From the IMG/VR virus record IMGVR_UViG_3300020724_000005: a stretch of 64,000 nucleotides of DNA. One strand, written 5' to 3'. Under the pieces are notes generated by a model. The model searched no databases, was not told where the DNA came from, and saw only the letters and a list, made by a program, of their open reading frames with translations. The translations under genes and the position numbers were made by a program. This document shows, piece by piece, positions 14,435 through 23,062 of the stretch. How positions within the stretch are numbered: position 1 is the stretch's first letter; each line of letters starts with the position of its first letter. The stretch comes from a virus.

Positions 14435-15739
14435 TTAGTCGAAAAAATAGTCTTTTGAGTGCTTGTGTTTTACCCTGAATCCGTCTTCTTCGAGTATCTG
14501 CTTGACTCTGATGAGGAACTCCTTGCCTTCCTGTACCGAGTAGTCAAACAGGAAGGCGTCGTAGGTTATCAGCACCAGCTGGCTTGTCTTTCCTGACATG
14601 TACTCCCTAAGCCTCTCTATCTTCTGTACATTGTTTTTGGTCTCTAGATTCTGCACCCAATAGTTAAATAGCTTGAGCTTGTTCATCTCTGGATTCTTTC
14701 TGAGCAATGTCCCTGTTGGAAGTATCAATGAACCGTCTCTCTTGTACCTCTTCCAGATCTCGTCTATGAAGTCTCCAAGCTTTGAGAAGAAGGGGAACTC
14801 CTTGTACTGGTCATCTATCCCTCCGTACAACTGCTTAAATGTGATCTCCTTTGATTTATGATACTCCTCTTCTGTCAGCTCTTCCTTGCCAAAGTATATC
14901 TTGCCTAGCTGCATGTGTATCGACTGGTCTTGATCTTCAAACTCGTGTCCTATCTGCCGTGCTATGAGTCTCAAATGATACGAGTCAAAATCGAACTCAA
15001 CCAAATAATCATGTCTTGGAACGAAACACCGTCTGAACTCTCTGGTCTTTGGTACTGCTACGAAGTTTATGCCGTTGAAAGAGTTGGTAGGTCTGCCTGT
15101 GGTGTTGTACATGTTGTAGTACGAGTATACCAGCCCACCTTTTACGAAGCTCCTTTTTGACTGCACTGCGTACGTGTCGTCTAGTGCCTCTTCATCTATG
15201 GCGACGCCCTGCCTCTCTACCCATCCGTATGCCTCACAGGCTCTGTCTAATATACTGTGATCATTCTCAAGGTCAAACAGGGACTGGACTTTGTTATAGA
15301 GACACTGGCACCTCTCGTAGTGCTTCGTTATCGGCAGGATCTCGTTTAGGTTTGGAAGAGCGCCCATCCTCATGTAGAAGTCGCTGTGTATCATCGTATC
15401 GCACTCTAGCTTTGATCCGTCTATACCCTGGTCCATCCTCGTGAAGTTCAGATCTACTGCGTTATCGATCTGGAGAAAGTACGAGTGGAACTTCCTATCG
15501 AGCAAGTAGACTTTCTTGTGCGAGTTTATGAAAGATTGAATCTGGGCTATTTCTAGGCTGAATCCTTCGCTATGGTTTACGGGGAATATGTAACCTTTGG
15601 CTCCATCATTATAGTAGACCAGTGAGCATCTGGATAGCCTAGGATGATACCTGTCTGAAGATGATACTACTTGAATGAAGCACGATTCGCTTGGAGAGAG
15701 CTTTGAGAGCTGCTCTGATGTTTCTATGATAAAGTACAT
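14435..15739 (-). CDS. second, minimal family A-like DNA polymerase paralogue with divergent catalytic motifs
   Basis: TGRPTNSFNGINFVAVPK; motif A FDFDSYHLRLIA; motif B KSKEITFKQLYGG; motif C LITYDAFLFD. No recognisable DxE exonuclease motifs are present. Confidence 0.7.
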   Translation of the reverse strand: MYFIIETSEQLSKLSPSESCFIQVVSSSDRYHPRLSRCSLVYYNDGAKGYIFPVNHSEGFSLEIAQIQSFINSHKKVYLLDRKFHSYFLQIDNAVDLNFTRMDQGIDGSKLECDTMIHSDFYMRMGALPNLNEILPITKHYERCQCLYNKVQSLFDLENDHSILDRACEAYGWVERQGVAIDEEALDDTYAVQSKRSFVKGGLVYSYYNMYNTTGRPTNSFNGINFVAVPKTREFRRCFVPRHDYLVEFDFDSYHLRLIARQIGHEFEDQDQSIHMQLGKIYFGKEELTEEEYHKSKEITFKQLYGGIDDQYKEFPFFSKLGDFIDEIWKRYKRDGSLILPTGTLLRKNPEMNKLKLFNYWVQNLETKNNVQKIERLREYMSGKTSQLVLITYDAFLFDYSVQEGKEFLIRVKQILEEDGFRVKHKHSKDYFFD

Positions 15740-15799
15740 TTGTCAAAACCTGATTAGTAGGAATGTAAGTTATCTTTTGGAACTTTTGTAGTCTATGTT

Positions 15800-16471
15800 T
15801 TAAGTCGTAGGTCTTGCCCATTTGCTGTATTGTCCTCCTATGAAGTCTGTCATCCCTATCATAGTCTTGTTGAGCTCTTCAGTCAGCCGTTTGTTGGTGT
15901 CGATTATTCCAGCTCGAGTATCGTATTGGGATATCCTCACGGCGTTTAGTGAACCTGTCAACTTCCACATCATCTGCCCTGTCATATACATAGATATGTC
16001 ATACGGAGCAGTTCCGTTCTGTATGTTCGTGTATTCTTCTGGAGATATCTCTATCACGTACCCTCTGTCGTTCGTCTTCTTTGCAAAGTATCTTATCAGG
16101 TATCCTCTGCCGTAGTCGTCTGATATAGGAGACGGGTAGTAGGGCACAGGTCCTCCTCCCAAGTTGATGGGACTGTTTTGCTGCTGAGTTGATTTCTTTG
16201 AAGACACAGAACTCCTGTCTAGAGTTGCTGCTATCAACGCCTGTTGCAGAGATTGTGGAAGCGCTGGGTTAGAAAGCACAGAAGATGCCTTGGTGTCTAG
16301 AACGGGTTTCAACGGCTCACTTGGACCTTGTAGCGGATCTGGTCCTGTGAAAGCAGTGCCATCATACGCCACATAGTACTTTCCTACATAAGGAGCGCCA
16401 TTCAGCGTGAAGTCTCCTCCAGCTGTGTTCTGGTTTGTCTGTATCCTAGAAGATGGGTAGTATCTCAGCAT
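15800..16471 (-). CDS. hypothetical tail/baseplate-module protein
   Basis: 223-aa ORF, the last gene of the tail gene string. Confidence 0.4.
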   Translation of the reverse strand: MLRYYPSSRIQTNQNTAGGDFTLNGAPYVGKYYVAYDGTAFTGPDPLQGPSEPLKPVLDTKASSVLSNPALPQSLQQALIAATLDRSSVSSKKSTQQQNSPINLGGGPVPYYPSPISDDYGRGYLIRYFAKKTNDRGYVIEISPEEYTNIQNGTAPYDISMYMTGQMMWKLTGSLNAVRISQYDTRAGIIDTNKRLTEELNKTMIGMTDFIGGQYSKWARPTT

Positions 16472-16474
16472 GGG

Positions 16475-19400
16475 TTAAAATTTTCCGAATTCTCCTTTAT
16501 CTATCCTGTTCAAAATGTCTTTAGAGTATGCAAGCCTTATTTCTGGATCTTGTACAGACGAGTTTTGAAATTCATAGAATCCCATGGCATTGATAGCTGT
16601 CATGAGGTCAGTTGTAGTCTTTAGAATTTTACACTCTTCTACAAATGGAGTATTAGACATCTCAATGTCTATGAACGCAAGTTGCACATCAATACTGTTG
16701 TAGTCATGCTTAGTTTTTAGCTGAGCTAATCTTGATCCAAGCCATTGGGCTATCCCATATGCGCCACTGCCCCGTTTGTTCGATACAGTGGTGATCAACC
16801 CAGACTCTTGGAGAAGATTGCCTACTACCACAGCGGTGCCTACTTTTCCATAGCCTCTGCCTTTAAAGAAAGTTATAGCTTTTTGTATCTTTGCCTTATC
16901 AAAGCCAGTAGTGTCTCCATTGACCGGGCCTGGGTTAGCTGTAGCATTCAAAGTCTTTACAGCGGGTGGTGGTGCGTTGAATACACTTTGATCTTCGTAG
17001 TCTTCTTGGTTCTTAAGCAGAGTCATGAACCCGTCTACTGCAGTCGTCCACTGGTTGTTCTCGAAGCTATGCACCAGCTTGGATATGGAGAATGCTACTT
17101 TGCGGTCATTGAGATTCTTCTGGTTGTACCTGTACGGAAGCACTTGTTCTGAAAGAGTGTAGAGCTGGAACGGGTACAGGCTCGATATGCCATCCATGGT
17201 CACGCTTGACTTCAGAGGTATTATAGCAGAATGCACTGATCCTTTGCTGATGTTTCTGACGTAAGACATCCTTTCTATGTAGTAGTTTATCGCCCTGTTG
17301 ATGCTGTCTTCGCTCAAAGCTTCAATTTTAGGTGTCACCTCTCCACTGTAGTATCCGTTTATCCTCTGCATGACAGAATCAAAGTTAGCAGCTATGCTGA
17401 ACATGGAGTTGTTGTCAGCAGCTATAAATTTGTCTTTTCCAGTGCCAGAGTTGTCTACAGTATACGGCTTGTATCTGTCTATGAAGTTGTAGTTGTATAT
17501 CCCAAAGTCAGAGTTGTCTCTGCTCATCCCCACTTGGTTTTGAGTTCCTCCAGGGTTTGCAGATATCGCAAGCATGCTAGACACCCTGCTGCTTATGTCA
17601 GTTCTTATGTCAAAAGCTCTCGCTACTGACCCTTTACCGAACACTGGTATCTCACACGATGTTCCTATAGTACTGCTTTTGGCTGTGTTAGGATCTGCTG
17701 GTATCAGTTGGTCATCGACTATGGAGTAGCAGTTTGCATTATCGTTGTAGGCGACCCTCAATGCGTTGTATCCACCCATGCACTTGTTGATGTCTTGGAC
17801 TATAGTCTTCATGATCCCTTGAAAGTACGTCTCGTAGGTGTCACTCTGCCTTGACAGGTCCTTTATAATCTTTAGGAGATACTGCACATTCACCATGATC
17901 TCCATAGTTCTTCCGATGTATGGATTAGACTTTCCTTGTACGTCTGCATGTGGGTTTGGAAGCAGGCTTGATAGACCGTTCTTCTCTCCGTCTTCTGGGT
18001 TCCAAAGAGAGCTAGAGACTGCAGTGCTTTTGTTGTGTACAGGGTTTGTTGAGCTTCCTTTGTCTGCAGGCGCTTGGTACTGGAGGTAGTCTCCTTTTAT
18101 CAAGCTGGAATCGAACAGCTTTTTGTAGTCTGTCTTCCTTCCTTTGTAAGCGACCAAGAATTTGTTAGGATCAAGAGATATCTGGTTCACACTGCTCTGG
18201 TAGAAGTTGGTAGACTGGTTGAAGTCTATGTATGCCATTGGAGACAGCGTTGCATTCGGATTGTCTGCGCTCGGGTTGTCTTGTGAGTTGTACAGTATAG
18301 CAGTGTGGTTGAGCATCATCATGAACAGACCAAGCGGTATGTAGACGAACTCTTTCACTGCGATCTGGTGTGAGCTGTCTTCTATCACCGTCATGCTATT
18401 TCCAAAACTGAATGTACGAGGAGTGAACAGCTTTTCAAAGTCAACTTGCGGGATCTTTGAAGACTGAAATATGTTATCATCTCCAAGGTTCTCTCCAGAC
18501 ATGATGTAGGAGTTGTTACCGTATCTCAAGTTTATCTCTAGCCTTTTTGCAGCGTCCAAAGATCCGTCATAGTAGCTTTTGTAGTATCCGCTGAGATCTA
18601 CAGGCTTTAAAGACTGGTCAAGTATGTTTGCCAGCGCTTTGCTGTATGCTCCGTCTTGAAACAGGTTCTTGAAAAAATCTATGCTTACGTTCGGGTTTAC
18701 TCTTCCAAGAGCTGCAGTGTGATTATCTGCGTATATTATCATAGACTTCAGCATCATCTCCAACGCAGACTCTGAATCCAATGAGGCTTTGAACTGGTCG
18801 AAGTCGTAAGTTTGTGATGCGTTGTTTATAGCATTGTTATATTGATCTTTCGCCTGTTGTACTTGCGCATTGTACTCTACTGTGAGCTTGTCCTTCGTCA
18901 GGTTTTTTTCATCTGGGACTAGGGGTGGCTTTGTGCTATTCACATCTATGCTTGTTATCAGAGACAGATCTGGGAGGTAATACCTACCTTCGTAATCAAG
19001 ACCTGCTGCTGCTTTATCTGAACCTCCGTTCCCCACGTCAGAATCTTCACCTGGTGCCAGTCCAAGCTCTATATAGATCTTATCATTTGACTTTGTAGTA
19101 GAACTCAGCTTCACATAGACTCCATAGCGAGAATCTTTAACAGGGTCTACTTGTAAAATCTCAACTTTATATTTTGTAGCTGGATCTTCAAAAGCGCTTA
19201 TTGCTTCTGAAGTTGCGCTTTTTTTAGAAGCATCTACTAGAAACGTTGTTCTGACTGAAAAATACGCTTCTTCTACAACACCAGCGCTTCCTGAGATCAG
19301 ATCAGTTACAGAGCTGTTCTTTGATCCGTAGGTGATGAATTTACCTGGGTTGTCAACTTGCGTAGTAAAAAAATAATCGCTGACGCTCTTCTTTGCTGTA

Positions 19401-20779
19401 GGATCGTTCGGTAATTTTCCAAACTTGTCGTAAAAATCATTCTCAAGCTTTGCAAAGTTTAAAGTCACAAGCATGTCCTGACCGTGGTTTATGTACTCTT
19501 TTACGTTATCGAACCACAGTACACCGTTTGCATATCCTGTAACAGGCGCAGTAGTGGTAAAAGATGCATTGTAGAACTTGTCGTTACTTTGCATAGTAGA
19601 TCCAGTCTCTACGTACTGCATGTACGATATGTCAGCTTTAGTGTCTTTGTAGTTTGATGCTGCCTGCATCAGCTTTTCTTTCGCGCCTATCGTGTCTCCA
19701 ACAGCTTGGTTAATTGGATCTATGCTTATGTTACCTGTGTTGTAAAGCAGAGTAGTGAACGGATCATCTATCTTCAATTTAGAAAAGAAGGCAGAAGAGT
19801 CTTTCTTGTCAAGTTCTGCTTGAGCTTGTGCGTCTGCAGCTCCCAAAGTCTTTAACGCCACATCTTGCAGCTCTTTATATTTCCTGTTAAAGTAAACTTT
19901 AAGCTCCTGCTCATACGCTCTTGCCATCTTTGTGGGGTGGTTGAGCTTGAGGTCTCCCATCACAGCTCCCATGGCAAGCGCTTTCACTGTGCAGTCGAAC
20001 CCTCCGTCTTGCGTCATCGTAAAGTTGAACTGAGTTATCAATCCAAGCATCCCTCCGTAGTTTCCATGAGACTTTTGAGCGCCAGAGTTTATCCTGATAG
20101 CTATCTCTTCTTTGGTCATCTTCTTCGTAAAAGGATCTATCATGAACTGCTCTGACGATTCTAGATTTCCGCTGTTCGTGTAATACTTTGTGTGTCCCCA
20201 CTCAAGCAAGATAGAGTATCCTGGTCTGAAGTACAAAGCGTCTATTATATCAAGCTGCTGTTTGTTCCAGACCTTAAAGTTTATCGTAGCCTGTCGAAGA
20301 GATCCCATCTTTCCGGTAGTCTCTACTGTAGCTGACGTTATACCGGGCATTGGCTTATACCCATACGTGTGAACCTCTGACGATCCTAGCATGCCGTAAG
20401 CTCCATTTGGGTCTATGCCTGACCTGAGCCCTCCGCCTGGCTGAGCATATGCAGAAACTCCACCAAAGAGTATGTAGTTCTTTGCAAGGTCACTCATGCT
20501 CTTTATCATCACGTTCTCTGGTGTTATCTGCTGGAAGTCTCTTATTATCTGAGACGGTTGCGCGTATAACACTCCTTTAGAAGAGTCCAAAGGAAAAAGG
20601 TCTATAGACGAAACTGCTCTGAACCAAGATCCACGGTTTGCGAGGTAGAGCAAGTCGCTGTCGCTTCTTGACTCGTTCTGCAATATCTCACTTCTCTTTT
20701 GTATCTGAGCCGCTGTCCATCGATACATGGGGTAACCGGCAATGTTACATATCTTGTCGAATTCGTTGTTCGTGAGCAT
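16475..20779 (-). CDS. large tail hub/baseplate protein with a C-terminal tail-lysozyme-like domain
   Basis: 1434 aa. The C-terminus reads GTAVVVGNLLQESGL...GSGAYGIAQWLGSRLAQL, the pattern typical of phage tail lysozyme domains. Confidence 0.6.
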   Translation of the reverse strand: MLTNNEFDKICNIAGYPMYRWTAAQIQKRSEILQNESRSDSDLLYLANRGSWFRAVSSIDLFPLDSSKGVLYAQPSQIIRDFQQITPENVMIKSMSDLAKNYILFGGVSAYAQPGGGLRSGIDPNGAYGMLGSSEVHTYGYKPMPGITSATVETTGKMGSLRQATINFKVWNKQQLDIIDALYFRPGYSILLEWGHTKYYTNSGNLESSEQFMIDPFTKKMTKEEIAIRINSGAQKSHGNYGGMLGLITQFNFTMTQDGGFDCTVKALAMGAVMGDLKLNHPTKMARAYEQELKVYFNRKYKELQDVALKTLGAADAQAQAELDKKDSSAFFSKLKIDDPFTTLLYNTGNISIDPINQAVGDTIGAKEKLMQAASNYKDTKADISYMQYVETGSTMQSNDKFYNASFTTTAPVTGYANGVLWFDNVKEYINHGQDMLVTLNFAKLENDFYDKFGKLPNDPTAKKSVSDYFFTTQVDNPGKFITYGSKNSSVTDLISGSAGVVEEAYFSVRTTFLVDASKKSATSEAISAFEDPATKYKVEILQVDPVKDSRYGVYVKLSSTTKSNDKIYIELGLAPGEDSDVGNGGSDKAAAGLDYEGRYYLPDLSLITSIDVNSTKPPLVPDEKNLTKDKLTVEYNAQVQQAKDQYNNAINNASQTYDFDQFKASLDSESALEMMLKSMIIYADNHTAALGRVNPNVSIDFFKNLFQDGAYSKALANILDQSLKPVDLSGYYKSYYDGSLDAAKRLEINLRYGNNSYIMSGENLGDDNIFQSSKIPQVDFEKLFTPRTFSFGNSMTVIEDSSHQIAVKEFVYIPLGLFMMMLNHTAILYNSQDNPSADNPNATLSPMAYIDFNQSTNFYQSSVNQISLDPNKFLVAYKGRKTDYKKLFDSSLIKGDYLQYQAPADKGSSTNPVHNKSTAVSSSLWNPEDGEKNGLSSLLPNPHADVQGKSNPYIGRTMEIMVNVQYLLKIIKDLSRQSDTYETYFQGIMKTIVQDINKCMGGYNALRVAYNDNANCYSIVDDQLIPADPNTAKSSTIGTSCEIPVFGKGSVARAFDIRTDISSRVSSMLAISANPGGTQNQVGMSRDNSDFGIYNYNFIDRYKPYTVDNSGTGKDKFIAADNNSMFSIAANFDSVMQRINGYYSGEVTPKIEALSEDSINRAINYYIERMSYVRNISKGSVHSAIIPLKSSVTMDGISSLYPFQLYTLSEQVLPYRYNQKNLNDRKVAFSISKLVHSFENNQWTTAVDGFMTLLKNQEDYEDQSVFNAPPPAVKTLNATANPGPVNGDTTGFDKAKIQKAITFFKGRGYGKVGTAVVVGNLLQESGLITTVSNKRGSGAYGIAQWLGSRLAQLKTKHDYNSIDVQLAFIDIEMSNTPFVEECKILKTTTDLMTAINAMGFYEFQNSSVQDPEIRLAYSKDILNRIDKGEFGKF

Positions 20780-20781
20780 AA

Positions 20782-21087
20782 CTATCTTATGGTATTTATC
20801 TGGTTGTAATCATTTATGATCGACTGTATGTTAGCAGGTATCCTCAGCTGCATCCCTATAGGGGGGAATAGGCTGTCTCCTGTCAAAGAGTTTGCAGATG
20901 CTATTATCCACCAGAGGTCTACATCTCCATAGAACTTCTGCGCCATGATGTCCATCCTGTCTCCTCTTGTAGATATCAAATAGCTATCAGAGTCTGAGAG
21001 TGGTATGTCAGGATACACAGCATTCACATAGAATGGTATCCCTCTTGGAGAATTCTTTGTAGTAGGTATGTTCTGGTATCTGTTCAT
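20782..21087 (-). CDS. LysM-like tail protein (P2 gpX-like)
   Basis: 101 aa; GDRMDIMAQKFYGDVDLWWIIASAN resembles a LysM motif. It lies between the hub genes. Confidence 0.45.
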   Translation of the reverse strand: MNRYQNIPTTKNSPRGIPFYVNAVYPDIPLSDSDSYLISTRGDRMDIMAQKFYGDVDLWWIIASANSLTGDSLFPPIGMQLRIPANIQSIINDYNQINTIR

Positions 21088-21093
21088 CTTTGT

Positions 21094-23061
21094 TTATTTT
21101 CCTGGAACTGTTCCTGGTGCGCTCTTTGTAAAGTCTAAAGAAGTCCCTGTAATGTCTAATCCATTTCCAGGCTGATAAGGATTTGGCGACGTTGGTATTG
21201 GTGTTGCAAAAGTATTTAGCGGAGCTAGACTCAATGGGTCTACTTTTAGAGTTTTTACTGGATCTATAAATCCGCTTCTGCCTACTAAAACAGGAACGCT
21301 GCCTGATGCGGCATTGTCTTGCTTTTCCGTCTGTCTCTTTGGCAGTATAGAGTGTATCGGCTTAAATGATACTGATACCTCTACTACATGTGGAAGCTGC
21401 AATACATCTGTTCCAGGATCTCCTTCAAGATTTATCTCCCATGGAGTTGCGTTGTCTGCTGTCACATTCACGCTTTCCAAGAATCCAGGTACACGGTACA
21501 AATAGTCTCCTATGGTCACCTTCACTAATGGAGCTCTCATGATGCCTCCATCAGAATAATCTGGGTACACTTGTGATATCAGGTTGTTTAGCTTGTTGTA
21601 CAACGGCCTCAATTCGCTTCTTGAAAAAGCTGCGATCTTGAAGCTGAATCCTATCGTCCTTGAAAACCCCTGATATGTAAAGAAGTCCTCTCCACGTCCC
21701 ATGTACTTGAAGGCGGTCAGGTTTGCTGCATTGCTGTCTGTGAATCCGTTTGTTAAAAAGGCTCTGAAGAAAAGCGCAGTAGACACGTTTTGATCGTTGC
21801 TCATGCACTCAAATCCGAACTTTATGATGTCTGTGGCTTTTACTCCTCCTAACTTAGCAAGCATGTCATTATTTTCGTAAGGGTCTCCTCCTAAATTATT
21901 AAAAACCACAGGATACATGGCATTCAAAGCGTCAGTGGCGCCTGGTATTTTGACAGTGTAGTTCAGCGGTTTGTTCTGCTGACCAAAGTTGCCTGTGCCT
22001 ATCCTGTATTCTAGGCTGTTATTTGCATAGTCCCAAGCAGGTTGAACTGCTTGTGTGTTTGCTCTGAAGTCCTGTATGTTCGTAGCATTTATAGGAGCTC
22101 CCTTTATAGAAGTCTGCTTTGCGATCTCGTTGTAGTTCATCACCATAGGAGAGTAGACGTACGTGGTGTCTGTGTACCTTCCTACTATGGTGTCTCCACG
22201 GTCTCCAAGAGAGTTAGGCCCTCCTGAGTAGTTGAATATCAAATTCGGGTCTAAAGACACTCCAAGGCTCTTTGCAAAAGAAACGTCTATGGATCCGTTT
22301 ATAAACCCGTTGACCCCGTTAGAGAACATGTTGCCAAGCACTCCACCTCTCATCTTCAACCTGTTCAGAAGAAGAAGCCTGTTTGTTGACGCGTTGTTGT
22401 ACACGTTTTGCAGCCCCACTGTCTCTGCGTAGAACATGTCTGTGGTCGAGTATGCTGCGTCTCCCAGTCTGGATAGATGAGCTCCTGTGCCTTGCATTCC
22501 TGCTTGCCTCACTGTGTTATTCTTTGAGTACGCTCTCGTGTTTTCCAAGATTACTCCAGACAAGTTGCTTTTTCCTGTCTCCATCCTTGGATTCGTAAGC
22601 CCCAGCAGCTTTTGCTTTTGGACAAAGTTTACTCCTGCTGTAGTGTTCATGAAAGACAGTATCCTAGACTCATCTACTCTTCTGCGGTAGTCTCCTTCTA
22701 GTCCAGGGTTGTTTGGCGATGGGAAGAAGTCTCCCGTGTCAGAATTTGTGCTTCCGGATGCGTCAGACGTTATGAACGGTGGTTTGCCAAAAGAAAGATC
22801 TAGCATGCTGGTCTTTAGATACCCGAGCCCGCTTCCTTGCTTTCCATCGACTATCTTTACAGACTCTATCTGATCTAAGCCTTTGTTCTTAAGGTTGTTG
22901 TTATAGAACTGGTACTGGTTGGACGATGGTATCAGGTTGAATTTTGCTTGCGCTGATTCTGGCGTGTTGTTCGCAGAATAGTCAGTGTGCGGAACTCCGC
23001 CGTCTGTAGCAGGGTCCCACTTTAAAGTAGCGTATTGTGTTGTTAGGTTTACTAGTGCCAT
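21094..23061 (-). CDS. tail/baseplate structural protein (function unclear)
   Basis: 655-aa ORF immediately downstream of the tape measure gene. Confidence 0.45.
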   Translation of the reverse strand: MALVNLTTQYATLKWDPATDGGVPHTDYSANNTPESAQAKFNLIPSSNQYQFYNNNLKNKGLDQIESVKIVDGKQGSGLGYLKTSMLDLSFGKPPFITSDASGSTNSDTGDFFPSPNNPGLEGDYRRRVDESRILSFMNTTAGVNFVQKQKLLGLTNPRMETGKSNLSGVILENTRAYSKNNTVRQAGMQGTGAHLSRLGDAAYSTTDMFYAETVGLQNVYNNASTNRLLLLNRLKMRGGVLGNMFSNGVNGFINGSIDVSFAKSLGVSLDPNLIFNYSGGPNSLGDRGDTIVGRYTDTTYVYSPMVMNYNEIAKQTSIKGAPINATNIQDFRANTQAVQPAWDYANNSLEYRIGTGNFGQQNKPLNYTVKIPGATDALNAMYPVVFNNLGGDPYENNDMLAKLGGVKATDIIKFGFECMSNDQNVSTALFFRAFLTNGFTDSNAANLTAFKYMGRGEDFFTYQGFSRTIGFSFKIAAFSRSELRPLYNKLNNLISQVYPDYSDGGIMRAPLVKVTIGDYLYRVPGFLESVNVTADNATPWEINLEGDPGTDVLQLPHVVEVSVSFKPIHSILPKRQTEKQDNAASGSVPVLVGRSGFIDPVKTLKVDPLSLAPLNTFATPIPTSPNPYQPGNGLDITGTSLDFTKSAPGTVPGK

Positions 23062-23062
23062 T

